DNA of 64,000 nt from a bacterium (lineage in GTDB: Bacteria > SAR324 > XYD2-FULL-50-16), in contig JAJRZQ010000038.1 of NCBI GenBank assembly GCA_024275165.1, positions 17,474-81,473 of the forward strand, read 5' to 3'. Positions 20,479 through 30,421 of the stretch are shown in pieces. Each line of letters opens with the position of its first letter. Position 1 is the stretch's first letter. The notes beneath the pieces are model-generated. The model made no database searches and had not been told where the DNA came from. It was given only the letters and a program-made list of their open reading frames with translations. Made by a program: the position numbers and the translations under genes.

Positions 20479-23406
20479 ATGGATAAGCTTACCCACAGTC
20501 CTCGCGTTGAAAAAGAGATTCGTGAGTTAGGTTTGCGGCTCTTTTCCAGCATGCGGGGGAAGAGTCCAAGCCTTTTTGATTCAAGGTTTTGGCAGGGAAA
20601 GCTGATGGAAGTTGCCTTAAAAGACCCAAGCTTTAAAGTCGATTTATTCCGTTTTATTGATGTTTTCCCCACCTTGCGCGATCCCCAAGAGATTTCGAGT
20701 CATCTCGCGGAGTACTTGCTGAAAAAAGATCGCAGGCTACCCCGCCTTTTTGGGATGGCCTTAAAGGCGGCTCGTTTTAAGCTCACTGCCCCCTTGGCGG
20801 CAAAGAGCATCCAGGCGAATATGACTCGCTTGGCTCAGGGTTTTATTTTAGGTGAAACCCCTGCCGAGGCCTTGGGTGCCTTAAAAAAGATGGACGCCAA
20901 AGGAGTGGGGTTTAGCGTTGATCTTTTAGGGGAGGCGGTTTTTAGTGAAGATGAGGCGGCAAGCTATCGCGCCCGGTACCTTGAGCTGGTTGACTCACTC
21001 AGGGGGCAGCTTTTGACCTGGCCGGAAAACCCCCGTTTAGAGCAAAGCCCGCAGGGGCGGGGCAACCTCTCGCTCAAGGTTTCCGCCTTTGCGCCTCATT
21101 TGGACGCCGCCGACTTAAAAGGCAGCGTCAAACGCCTTTACGCCGCGCTTTTGCCGGTATTGCTTCAGGCGAAAGAGGGGGGGCTTTTTGTGAATCTTGA
21201 TTTAGAGCAATGGAGCCTGCACACGATCACCTATGCGCTTTTTAAAGAAATCCTATTGAGCGCTGAGTTCCGCTCTTACCCCAAGCTCGGCATTGTAGTG
21301 CAGGCTTATCACCACAGCGCGCCAGAGGATGTGAGGCAATTGCTCGCCTGGGCGGAGCAACGAGGTTGCCCCCTTTCGGTGCGGTTGGTCAAGGGGGCTT
21401 ACTGGGATTTTGAGGTTCTCAACGCCGGTTTGAGGGGCTACCCTTTGCCTCTATGGACCCAAAAAGGGGAGAGCGATTGCCGGTTTGAAGCTTTATCCCT
21501 AGAGTTGTTGAGGCACCATCAGATATTGCGTCCGGCCTTTGCCAGCCACAACCTGCGTAGCCTGGCCCATTTGCTCACCCATGCCCGCATCGCGGGCCTC
21601 AAGCCCGGGGATTACGAGATTCAGCTTTTAACCGGTATGGCCGAACCCCTGCGAGAGGCTTTGCTGCAAGAAGGGGAGTTGATTCGTCTTTATTGCCCTG
21701 TTGGGGGGCTTGTTCCCGGGTTGAGCTATTTGGTGCGTCGGCTTTTGGAAAACACCTCCAGCCAAGGTTTCATCAGCCAAAGCCTGCAAAAGGAAATAGA
21801 GCCCGAATTGTTGTTCTGCCCGCCGGAGGTGAACTCGGCCCCTTCCCCTAGTCCAGGGGAATGGAAAAACTGCCCGGAATTGGATTTTACGGATCCTGCC
21901 ATTTGCGAAGGCTTTGCCCAAGCGGTAGGACAGGTAAAAAGCAGCTTGCCCATTTTAGTGGGGGCAGCCAACAGAAAGGAACGCTTTACTCGCCTCTCCC
22001 CCAACGACCCGAAGCTGATCGTGACCCAAGCCTATTTAGCCGGTGAGCAGGAGGTCATTGAGGCGGTTCAAAGGGCGGCGCAAGCTTTTCCCTCTTGGCG
22101 GGATACCCCCTTAGAAGCTCGTGTCCAAGCCTTGGAACGCTTAGCCGATCTTTTGGAAAAAGACCGTTTTGCCTTAGCGGCCTTGCAATGTTTTGAGGTG
22201 GCCAAGCCTTGGCGAGAGGCGGATGGAGATGTGGCCGAAGCCATTGATTTTTGCCGCTATTACGCTCAGGCGGCCCGAACGGAATTGGCCCCGCGTGGGT
22301 TGGGGGATTTAGCGGGGGAAGAAAACCAACAAGAATTCATCGGCCGCGGCCCCGCGGCGATCATTGCCCCTTGGAACTTCCCCCTCGCTATTTTAACGGG
22401 GATGGCCACCGCTGCCTTGGTCGCGGGCAATCCGGTCTTGCTGAAACCGAGTCGCAACAGCTTGGCTCTCGGCCAAGTTTTGCATGGAAAAATGCTCGAA
22501 GCCGGTATTCCCCCTGAGGTGGCGCAGTTTTTACCTATTTCAGGCGAAAGAGCGGGCAAGCTTTTGGCGCGGGCAAAAGAAATTGCCCTCATCGCCTTTA
22601 CGGGAAGCAAGGAGGTAGGGCTTTCTTTATGGCATCAGGCCGCCCAAACCGAGCCGGGGCAAAGAGAGATTAAAAAAATGATCTGCGAGTTGGGGGGGAA
22701 GAACGCGATTATCATTGATGAGGACGCCGACATGGACGAGGCGGTTTCTGGGGTGTTGCAAAGCGCCTGGAGCTACGGGGGGCAAAAATGCAGCGCTGCC
22801 GATCGGGTGATTGTCGTGGGCAGGGCAAAAGACCAGTTCATCCCTCGCCTGATCGCGGCGGCTCAATGCCTGCGCCTCGCCCCTGCTTGGGACCCCGCCT
22901 GCCAAGTCCCCCCAATGATTGATTCTTTCGCCCAAGAACGGCTCTTGCGACTCTTGGACAACCCGCCCCCGGGAGTCAAGGAGCTGTACCGGGGCCAAGC
23001 GCCGGAAAAAGGTTATTTTGTGCCTCCTGCCATTTTTCAAACCAAGGAACCCAACCACCCCTTCATGCAAGAAGAATTTTTTGGCCCCCTCTTGACGCTT
23101 TGTCCGGTAAAGGACTTTGATCAAGCCTTGGAGGTCGCTATGAATACGGGCTACGCCCTCACGGGGAGCCTCTATTCAAGGTTGCCCAGCCATCTTGAGC
23201 GGGCAAAAAAAGAATTTTTGGTGGGGAACCTCTACCTCAACAAAGGCAGTACAGGGGCGAAGGTGGGGCGGCAACCCTTTGGGGGCCACGGCTTCAGTGG
23301 AGCAGGCACGCAGGCGGGAGGGCCGGGATACCTCTCCCACTTTGTCTTTCCCCGCTTGTGGAGCGAAAATCTGATGCGCCGCGGCTTTTCCCCCAAATTA
23401 CTTTAG
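20479..23406 (+). CDS. putA: Bifunctional proline dehydrogenase / P5C dehydrogenase PutA
   Basis: LFRFIDVFP, DLLGE, RLVKGAYWD and YLVRRLLEN; ALDH motifs PWNFP, ELGGKN, GQKCSA and EEFFGP. AAGGAG precedes ATG 20479. Confidence 0.93.
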   Translation: MDKLTHSPRVEKEIRELGLRLFSSMRGKSPSLFDSRFWQGKLMEVALKDPSFKVDLFRFIDVFPTLRDPQEISSHLAEYLLKKDRRLPRLFGMALKAARFKLTAPLAAKSIQANMTRLAQGFILGETPAEALGALKKMDAKGVGFSVDLLGEAVFSEDEAASYRARYLELVDSLRGQLLTWPENPRLEQSPQGRGNLSLKVSAFAPHLDAADLKGSVKRLYAALLPVLLQAKEGGLFVNLDLEQWSLHTITYALFKEILLSAEFRSYPKLGIVVQAYHHSAPEDVRQLLAWAEQRGCPLSVRLVKGAYWDFEVLNAGLRGYPLPLWTQKGESDCRFEALSLELLRHHQILRPAFASHNLRSLAHLLTHARIAGLKPGDYEIQLLTGMAEPLREALLQEGELIRLYCPVGGLVPGLSYLVRRLLENTSSQGFISQSLQKEIEPELLFCPPEVNSAPSPSPGEWKNCPELDFTDPAICEGFAQAVGQVKSSLPILVGAANRKERFTRLSPNDPKLIVTQAYLAGEQEVIEAVQRAAQAFPSWRDTPLEARVQALERLADLLEKDRFALAALQCFEVAKPWREADGDVAEAIDFCRYYAQAARTELAPRGLGDLAGEENQQEFIGRGPAAIIAPWNFPLAILTGMATAALVAGNPVLLKPSRNSLALGQVLHGKMLEAGIPPEVAQFLPISGERAGKLLARAKEIALIAFTGSKEVGLSLWHQAAQTEPGQREIKKMICELGGKNAIIIDEDADMDEAVSGVLQSAWSYGGQKCSAADRVIVVGRAKDQFIPRLIAAAQCLRLAPAWDPACQVPPMIDSFAQERLLRLLDNPPPGVKELYRGQAPEKGYFVPPAIFQTKEPNHPFMQEEFFGPLLTLCPVKDFDQALEVAMNTGYALTGSLYSRLPSHLERAKKEFLVGNLYLNKGSTGAKVGRQPFGGHGFSGAGTQAGGPGYLSHFVFPRLWSENLMRRGFSPKLL

Positions 23407-23414
23407 GGGGCTTG

Positions 23415-24644
23415 ATGGCGAGCCAAACCCTCATGCTGGAAGGTCACCTCTTAGACAGTCATCTTTTGTCCAAGGTCTTGGACTTGATCGAGGCCCAGGG
23501 CGGGTGCGCGAAGTTGGAACGAATCGAGTTGGGCATGCGCCGCCAAGACTTAAGCCGCGCTTGGGTCGAGGTAACCGCCTCTCGACAAAGCGCCCTTGAT
23601 GGCTTGCTCGCAAACTTGCGGCCCCTAGGTTGCGAAGCGGTGGAAGAGACGAAAAAAGGCGATTTGGTCTTAGCGCCCGCTCCCCTCGCGGGGTGCTTTC
23701 CCGCAAACTTTTACGCTACCAGCAACCGCCTTACGGAGGTCTATATTCAAGGTCGTTGGCTCGCGGTTACCCCTTCGGGCATGGACTGCGCGATTCGGGT
23801 CAGCTTGAGGGATTTAACGGCGGAGAGCGTTAAGATGTGGCAGGCAAAAAAGGGGGATTTGATTGTGGTGGGGGGGCGAGGGGTTCGAGTTGCGCCCTCT
23901 GCGGCGCTGGAGCCTGGTTCTGGCGAATTTGGTTTTATGGATTCATCGGTGAGCAGTGAAAAGCCCAAAGCCATTGCCATCCGCAGGCTTGCTCAAAGGA
24001 TGAAAGAAATCCGCGAAAAAAATCAGGGTTCGATTGTTTGGGTCGCGGGCCCCGCCTTGGTGCATACCGGGGCGAGGGAAGAGGCGGCCTGGTTGATCCG
24101 TGAAGGTTGGATCCACCGCCTTTTGGCCGGGAATGCCCTGGCGGCCCATGATATTGAAGCGGAGCTTTACGGCAGCAGTCTCGGGGTTTTTTTGGCTTCC
24201 GGTAAAGCCCAACGGCATGGGCACCGCAATCATCTCTACGCGATCAACGAAATTCGCCGATTGGGAGGGATCAAAGCAGCGGTAGAGCAGGGGGTGATTC
24301 AATCGGGGATTTTTTTTGAGGCGATTCAAAAACCCATTCCCTTTGTGTTGGCGGGAAGCATTCGCGATGACGGCCCTTTACCCGAAGTGATTACCGATGC
24401 CCTTGAGGCCCAAAAGGCAATGCGTCAAGAGCTTCAAGGGGCCGCCTTGGTGATCATGGTCTCCACCTTGCTGCATTCGATTGCCGTGGGGAATCTTTTG
24501 CCCGAAGGGGTCGAAACCTGGGCCGTGGACATCAACCCCGCGGCGCTCACGAAATTAGCGGATCGAGGGACGCATCACGCTCAGGGTTTGGTGATGGACG
24601 CAAAGTCGTTTATGGTCGCCTTGCTCCAGGCGTTGCGGGAATGA
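23415..24644 (+). CDS. TIGR00300 / LOR-SDH-family protein, putative ornithine cyclodeaminase (C-terminal part of ArgZ/AgrE)
   Basis: LEGHLLDS, FYATSN, MDC, FGFMDSSVSSE, GNALAAHDIE, AGSIRDDGPLP and KLADRG. Start refined to ATG 23415. Confidence 0.82.
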   Translation: MASQTLMLEGHLLDSHLLSKVLDLIEAQGGCAKLERIELGMRRQDLSRAWVEVTASRQSALDGLLANLRPLGCEAVEETKKGDLVLAPAPLAGCFPANFYATSNRLTEVYIQGRWLAVTPSGMDCAIRVSLRDLTAESVKMWQAKKGDLIVVGGRGVRVAPSAALEPGSGEFGFMDSSVSSEKPKAIAIRRLAQRMKEIREKNQGSIVWVAGPALVHTGAREEAAWLIREGWIHRLLAGNALAAHDIEAELYGSSLGVFLASGKAQRHGHRNHLYAINEIRRLGGIKAAVEQGVIQSGIFFEAIQKPIPFVLAGSIRDDGPLPEVITDALEAQKAMRQELQGAALVIMVSTLLHSIAVGNLLPEGVETWAVDINPAALTKLADRGTHHAQGLVMDAKSFMVALLQALRE

Positions 24645-25444
24645 GGCGGCTCTTGTTGTGCGCGCCTCGTTTTTATGGGGTGGAATACGAAATCAATCCC
24701 TGGATGAAGCTCAGCCGTCGGCCCGACCTCGCTTGCGCCTTGAGGCAGTGGGAGGCCTTGCGGCAAGCCTTAACCCGATTAGGCGCAACCATCGAACTGC
24801 TGGAGCCGCAACAAGGTTTGCCCGATTTGGTTTTTACCGCGAATGGGGCTTTAGTGAGGGGGGAGGAAGCGATTCTCAGCCGCTTTCGGCATTTAGAGCG
24901 GCAGGGGGAAGAGCCCCTGTTTCGCCGTTGGTTTGCGGCAAAAGGGTTTCGGCTATTAACCCTGCCTCAAGATATCGCCTTTGAAGGGGAGGGGGACGCC
25001 TTGTTTTGGGGAGGCGACCTCATCGCCGCTTATGGATTTCGTTCCCACATCCGTTCGCACCGCCTGATCAGCGAGATTTGGTCGATTCCCGTGGTTTCCC
25101 TGGCTTTGGTCGATCAGCGGTTTTATCATCTGGATACCTGCTTTTGCCCCTTGGATGAACACAGAGCCCTGTACTACCCTCCCGCCTTTGACGCCTATTC
25201 CCTGGCCGCTTTGCGGGGATTGGGCAAAGAGTTGATTGCCCTGGATGAGGCCGATGCCGTAGCTTTTGCCTGCAACGCCGTGGTCTTGGGTAAAGATGTG
25301 TTGATGCAGCCTTGTTCGCGGAGGTTGGAGGAAAAATTACGGCAAAGGGGGTTTCGTCTTCATTTGCTGCCGCTGGGGGAATATCTGAAAGCAGGAGGGA
25401 GCGCTAAGTGTTTAGGCCTCTATTTAGATAACCCCGTTTTTTAA
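24641..25444 (+). CDS. Amidinotransferase-fold guanidino hydrolase (arginine dihydrolase-like; N-terminal domain of ArgZ/AgrE)
   Basis: YEINPWM, PDLVFTAN, FEGEGD, FYHLDTCF, FACNAV and KAGGSAKCL (catalytic Cys). ATGA overlap with the upstream gene. Confidence 0.85.
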   Translation: MRRLLLCAPRFYGVEYEINPWMKLSRRPDLACALRQWEALRQALTRLGATIELLEPQQGLPDLVFTANGALVRGEEAILSRFRHLERQGEEPLFRRWFAAKGFRLLTLPQDIAFEGEGDALFWGGDLIAAYGFRSHIRSHRLISEIWSIPVVSLALVDQRFYHLDTCFCPLDEHRALYYPPAFDAYSLAALRGLGKELIALDEADAVAFACNAVVLGKDVLMQPCSRRLEEKLRQRGFRLHLLPLGEYLKAGGSAKCLGLYLDNPVF

Positions 25445-28146
25445 AGCTCTTCGAGAATCATTTTTCTCAATTCTTCCAAAAAGGCTTGCACCCGAGGGAT
25501 TTCAATGTTTTCGACCGCTTCTTTAAGCTTATAGGCGCTTTTCTTTAAGCTCTCGCAATGCTGATCCTCTTGCGCCAGATCCAGCAGACGGTTTGCCAGT
25601 CGCTCTACCGAATCCAAAACCAAACTGCCTTGCAGATGCTCGATCCAAGGGAGGATTTCTTTTTGAAATAAAGCGAGTAGGTTTTTGTTTTTCAAACAGT
25701 CGCAGAGGGTGATATTGCTGATGAGGGTCAGGGTCGTTTCAACCTGCAGGTGCTTGGCCAACTCACCATGCAGGGTTTGCAGGCCAACGGGTTTGGTGAG
25801 GTAGCCCGTAAAATTACTGGCTAGAACCCGCATCATGGTTTCGGGGGTGATGGAAGCGGTCACCGCGATAAAAAGAGGCCCTTGGTCTTTTATTTCCTTT
25901 TCCATCAGCTCAATCAATTCCAAACCGCTGATATCGGGCATGCGAATATCAATCAAGGCAATATCGTATTGATTTGTCCGTAGTTTTTCAATGGCTTGCA
26001 ACCCCGTTTCTACCTCGTCGACCACTAAATTCCACGAGAGCATGCCGACTTTAAGGTATTCGCGATTCGAGGCGATGTCGTCCACCAGCAAGATCTTGCC
26101 TTGCACAAAGGGGCTGAGCTGTACCAAGGGTTGTAAGAGTAGGCTGGGCTTTTTTTCTGGGGTTTTTTCCTGCTTGCTGCAAGGCACTCCGTTGAGCAGG
26201 AGTTTAAAACAGCTCCCCTTGCCCAAGGTGCTGGTCAATTCAATCTGCCCTCCCATCATTTCGATCAAGCGTTTGCTGATGGTTAGCCCGAGCCCCGTGC
26301 CTCCGAATTTTCTGGCGTCATGCCCTTCTTGCTGGGCAAAGACCTCAAAAACGCGCTCTTGTTGTTCTTCTGCGATGCCGATTCCCGTATCTTCGACTAA
26401 AATCTCGATATCCACGAGTTCGCCTAGGGTGCGCAGTAATTTTACCGATAAACGAATCCCTCCCTTTTCGGTGAATTTGATCGCGTTCCCCACGAGGTTT
26501 AAGAGAATTTGCCGCAATCGGGATTCATCTAAATAAACGAGTTTGGGTAAATTTGGATCGGTCTCCGCGAGTAGGCTCAACCCCTTTTTCTTTGCGGGTT
26601 CCGCAAAAATCTGCTCCACTTCGTTGATCAAGGGGGCTAAGCCGACTAACTCGGGGCGGATACTCATCGCCCCGGCTTCGATTTTAGAGAGGTCTAAAAT
26701 ATCGTTGATGAGGGTCAATAAACTTTTTCCCGCGACCTTGATGGATTGTAGATGTTCTTGACTCTGCTCATCTTGGATTTGATAACTTAAAATATCGGCA
26801 AAACCAAGGACGGCGTTTAGAGGGGTGCGGATTTCATGGCTCATGTTGGCTAAAAATTCGGATTTAGCGCGATTGGCCTGTTCCGCGATTTCTTTCGCTT
26901 CGGTTAAGGCGGCTTCAAAGGCCTTGCGCTCGGTGATATCCAGCAGTACTCCGATCAATCCCGCGGGCTTGCGGTCAAGGCCAAAAAAATGGGCATGGTA
27001 GACTAAAAAAAAGCGCTTTTTTCCTTGTCCGTCAGTGAGTTCGACTTCTCCCTGCAATTGTTCTTGCAAAAGGTTCATTCCTGGATTTTTCGAAGGCAGC
27101 ATGAGGGGGAACAGCTTCTCTAATTCAGGTTGATTTAAAGTGCCTGTTTCTCTCTTAAACAACATCTTAAAGGCGCGGTTCGACTCGATGAGTTGTCCTT
27201 CTTGATCTGTGTAAAATAGAGGGTTGGGCATGGATTCCATCAAATTTTGCTGAAAGATCAATTGGGCATCGAGGTCGCTTTGAATATTTTTTCTTTCTTC
27301 AATCTCATTATAAAGCAGTTGGTTGGTGCGGTGTAGTTCCTTGGTGCGTAGCCGAATCAACTGAGCTAAGTGGGAATTGAAGAACTGTTTTAAAATCGAA
27401 GCGGTTAGGGCAAAGCCCAAGAGGTTTAAACTCGCTACCGAGGTGAATAAAATCAGTCGATCATGATCAATCAAGCCGACCTGATATTTTACTCCTAGGG
27501 GGAAGAACAAGGCGGCTTTCATTCCCGCGTAATGCATTCCCGCAATGGCAAACCCCATTAGGTTGGCGGCTAAAAACTGTAGACCGAAGCTATGTTTTTT
27601 CCTGTAAAAGTAAAAGGTTAAAACAATGGCCCCTGTGGAGGCGATGATGGCAATGGCAATGGAGTAAATAAACCAATCGACTTGGTAAAGCAATTGGGCT
27701 GGCAAGCGCATTGCCGCCATTCCCGTGTAGTGCATAGCCGCGATGCCAAAACCTAAACCAACACCGGCAAGTAATAAGATGGGCCAGGAGAGGCTTTTAA
27801 CCCAGACCAATAAACCGAAGATAAACAAGGCGGCCCCAACGGCCAGGAGAAAGGATAAAAAAGTAAGCCCGATATCATAGCTAACGGGAAGGTTGAGCTG
27901 AAAGGCCAACATGCCCACAAAGTGCATGGACCAAATTCCCATACCCATAGCGAGCGCGCCGCCCAAATACCAGAGCCAAAACTCCAACCCCTCGCTATGG
28001 TGAATCTGTTGGGCCAAGTCCAAGGCCACATAAGAGGCAAAAATCGCCACGGCGACAGAAAGCCATACTATTTTAAAGTAATACTGTCCCTCGAGGGGGA
28101 CAAGACTTGGCGGATCAAGGAGGAAAAATTGCTGTAGCCAAGCCAT
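25441..28146 (-). CDS. Hybrid sensor kinase MHYT-PAS-HisKA-HATPase-REC
   Basis: MHFVGM, MHYTGM and MHYAGM repeats; FLANMSHEIRTPL; GGTGLGL; receiver VDD..DIRMP..KP. Confidence 0.92.
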   Translation of the reverse strand: MAWLQQFFLLDPPSLVPLEGQYYFKIVWLSVAVAIFASYVALDLAQQIHHSEGLEFWLWYLGGALAMGMGIWSMHFVGMLAFQLNLPVSYDIGLTFLSFLLAVGAALFIFGLLVWVKSLSWPILLLAGVGLGFGIAAMHYTGMAAMRLPAQLLYQVDWFIYSIAIAIIASTGAIVLTFYFYRKKHSFGLQFLAANLMGFAIAGMHYAGMKAALFFPLGVKYQVGLIDHDRLILFTSVASLNLLGFALTASILKQFFNSHLAQLIRLRTKELHRTNQLLYNEIEERKNIQSDLDAQLIFQQNLMESMPNPLFYTDQEGQLIESNRAFKMLFKRETGTLNQPELEKLFPLMLPSKNPGMNLLQEQLQGEVELTDGQGKKRFFLVYHAHFFGLDRKPAGLIGVLLDITERKAFEAALTEAKEIAEQANRAKSEFLANMSHEIRTPLNAVLGFADILSYQIQDEQSQEHLQSIKVAGKSLLTLINDILDLSKIEAGAMSIRPELVGLAPLINEVEQIFAEPAKKKGLSLLAETDPNLPKLVYLDESRLRQILLNLVGNAIKFTEKGGIRLSVKLLRTLGELVDIEILVEDTGIGIAEEQQERVFEVFAQQEGHDARKFGGTGLGLTISKRLIEMMGGQIELTSTLGKGSCFKLLLNGVPCSKQEKTPEKKPSLLLQPLVQLSPFVQGKILLVDDIASNREYLKVGMLSWNLVVDEVETGLQAIEKLRTNQYDIALIDIRMPDISGLELIELMEKEIKDQGPLFIAVTASITPETMMRVLASNFTGYLTKPVGLQTLHGELAKHLQVETTLTLISNITLCDCLKNKNLLALFQKEILPWIEHLQGSLVLDSVERLANRLLDLAQEDQHCESLKKSAYKLKEAVENIEIPRVQAFLEELRKMILEEL

Positions 28147-28435
28147 AGGAAAGGAAGCCTGCGAAAATAAGGGTTGAAAGAAAGGTATAAAATATTATAT
28201 CGATTCGCTTGTTTTGTCAATAGAATAAGTACGATACAAATAGTTTTTAGGGCTTTGAATGTCGAGTTCAGTGGAGAAGAAAAAATGAATATTGGGCTTT
28301 TGAAACTGCGGGATCGGAATTTTTAAAAAGATTTATTTTATTGTAATTAAAGATTAAATGCATCTTAATTGGCTTGAAACATATATTTTTTAGTTTTTTG
28401 CCTGTTGAATGAATCGCAAAATTAATATGCTTTAA

Positions 28436-28646
28436 GGAAACTCTGAAAAACGCGGAGTTTTTTAGCAAGGCAGGGATGCCTTGCCAAAGCAAAAAGTGGT
28501 ACTTATTGATTTTAATTAAGGTTGTGGATTTCATTCCCCATCGAAAAGAGGGAAAAACTTGACGCGCCCCCAGGGCTATAATCAGCCCGAAGGGCATGAG
28601 CCTACCGCTTGAGCAAGCGGTAGGCAAGGAGTTTTTTAGAGGTTTC
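28436..28646 (-). mobile_element. MITE-like element, 211 bp (copy 2, inverted)
   Basis: Reverse complement of copy 1; TTAA on both flanks. Confidence 0.85.
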
Positions 28647-28650
28647 TTAA

Positions 28651-28675
28651 GATGCGGCCTCTTGATGGCCGCATC
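28651..28675 (-). terminator. GC-rich hairpin downstream of the SSADH gene
   Basis: GATGCGGCC-N7-GGCCGCATC; no clear U-tract. Confidence 0.35.
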
Positions 28676-28716
28676 CGCGCTAAACAGAGTTGTGGTTTTC
28701 AACCACGCGGATCAGC

Positions 28717-30078
28717 CTATATCACGACCACGGTCTTCACATTGGAAAACTCTCTAATCCCATGATGAGAGCATTCCCTGCCGAAACCAGAGCGCTTGAC
28801 CCCGCCAAAGGGCAGGGCGGGGTGGCTGGTTGTCATCCCGTTGATAAAAACCTGACCCGTTTCCAACTGGTGGGCGACTTCCAAGGCTTTATCCACATCA
28901 CGACTCCAAACGCTGCCCCCTAGACCATAAGGGGAGAGGTTTGCCAAGCGCACCGCCTCTTGCGCGTCCCGGACTCGAATAACGCTGGATACGGGGCCGA
29001 ACAGTTCTTGCTGAAAACAGGTCATCTCCGGGGTGACCTCGGCGAGCAGGGTGGGGGCGTAGAAGTTTCCCTTTCGCTGAAGTCGTGCCCCGCCGGTGAC
29101 GAGGCGGGCCCCTTCTTGAACGCTTTGCCGCACTTGGGCATCCAATTCCAGCATGAGGTCTTCACGGGCCATAGGGCCCATTTGCGTGGCGGGGTCGGTA
29201 GGGTCGCCGAGGACTAGATTCTCCATGATTTTTTGATGTCGGGCGACGAATTCCTCGTACAAAGGCTCAACGACAAAAAACCGCTTGGCCGAAATGCATA
29301 CCTGCCCGGCGTTGAGACAACGGGAACGCACGGAGACTTGGCAGCATTGTTCTAATTCAGCGTCCGCCAAAACAATAAAGGGGTCGCTTCCCCCAAGCTC
29401 CATCACCGATTTTTTTAATTCCCGCCCCGCTTTGCCGGCCACGGCCATGCCCGCTCGCTCGCTCCCGGTGAGGGTTACCCCCTTGACAATAGGGTTTTCT
29501 AAAGCGAGGGCAATTTGATCGGGCTCCACTAAAAGGGCTCGGAAAATGTTTTTGGGAAAACCAGCCTCGAGCATGATTTCTTCCAAAGCCAAGGCCGTGC
29601 CGAATACATTGGGCGCATGTTTTAAAATACAGCCGTTGCCCGCCATTAAATTAGGGGCGATAAAACGCATGGCCTGCCAAAAAGGAAAATTCCAAGGCAT
29701 GATGGCAAAAATCACCCCCATGGGCTCATAGCGGGCGTAAGAACGAGTGAACCCCGCCTCAATTATCTCATCGGCAAGCATTTCGGGCCCCTTTTCAGCG
29801 TAGAAGTCGCAGATGCGCGCGCATTTTTTGACCTCCGCTTCCGCCTCTTTTTTGATTTTTCCCATTTCAGAAGAGATCAATTGACCGTATTGCTCAGCGC
29901 GGTTCATAAAAATGCGGCCCGCTTTTTTGAGCAAAGCCCCTCGCTCGCTCAAGGGGGTGGCCTTCCAGGCTTTTTGCGCCTCATCGGTTTGGGCTAAGAT
30001 ATCGTTCATCTCTGTGGTGCTGTGAGGGGGGTACTCGGCAATGACTTCGCCGGTGGCCGGGTTAATGCTCTGGAACAT
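28717..30078 (-). CDS. NAD(P)-dependent succinate-semialdehyde dehydrogenase (Sad/SsaD-type)
   Basis: SINPATGE, IMPWNFPFWQ, LKHA, TGSE, MELGGSDP, NAGQVCISAKRF, ELFGP and FGGVKRSGFGRE. Confidence 0.85.
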   Translation of the reverse strand: MFQSINPATGEVIAEYPPHSTTEMNDILAQTDEAQKAWKATPLSERGALLKKAGRIFMNRAEQYGQLISSEMGKIKKEAEAEVKKCARICDFYAEKGPEMLADEIIEAGFTRSYARYEPMGVIFAIMPWNFPFWQAMRFIAPNLMAGNGCILKHAPNVFGTALALEEIMLEAGFPKNIFRALLVEPDQIALALENPIVKGVTLTGSERAGMAVAGKAGRELKKSVMELGGSDPFIVLADAELEQCCQVSVRSRCLNAGQVCISAKRFFVVEPLYEEFVARHQKIMENLVLGDPTDPATQMGPMAREDLMLELDAQVRQSVQEGARLVTGGARLQRKGNFYAPTLLAEVTPEMTCFQQELFGPVSSVIRVRDAQEAVRLANLSPYGLGGSVWSRDVDKALEVAHQLETGQVFINGMTTSHPALPFGGVKRSGFGRECSHHGIREFSNVKTVVVI

Positions 30079-30151
30079 AAAAGCCTCCTAAATTGTTTTT
30101 CCTTTTAAGGTAATATTTTTTTTGACTGGGGGCTAGAGCAAATCCTTTGAA

Positions 30152-30300
30152 AGAATCTTTAAAAAAGTCCATTCTTGGACTTTTTTAGCTTTGGTGAGCA
30201 GGAAGTCAATTCCTGATCACCAAACAAATCAACTTACCTTGTTCATTGATTTGGTGAAGCTGACGGGCCGCGAGGAAACTCTGAGTTTTTCAGAGGGTCC
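30152..30300. mobile_element. Degenerate MITE-like element with the same terminal repeats and a different interior
   Basis: Right end TTTTTCAGAGGGTCC; degenerate left end AGAATCTTTAAAAAA; internal hairpins AAAAAAGTCCA/TGGACTTTTTT, TTTGGTGA..CAGGAA/TTCCTG..TCACCAAA and CAAATCAA/TTGATTTG. Confidence 0.55.
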
Positions 30301-30421
30301 TAATTTTATACTCATCTTTGCTGAATCTAGGGTCATTGCCTGGTTTTGGAAAGTAAAAAAGTTCTAGGAAAAGAGGTGAATGAAAGATTATACTGAGTGA
30401 AAAAATTGGGAGAATAGAGCC

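Noticed and set aside
28268-28702. ORFs 28268-28702, 33756-33941, 34227-34409 and 34294-34521 as a small-protein family
   Set aside because: Their similarity comes from the shared MITE sequence; frames, starts and lengths are not conserved between copies.
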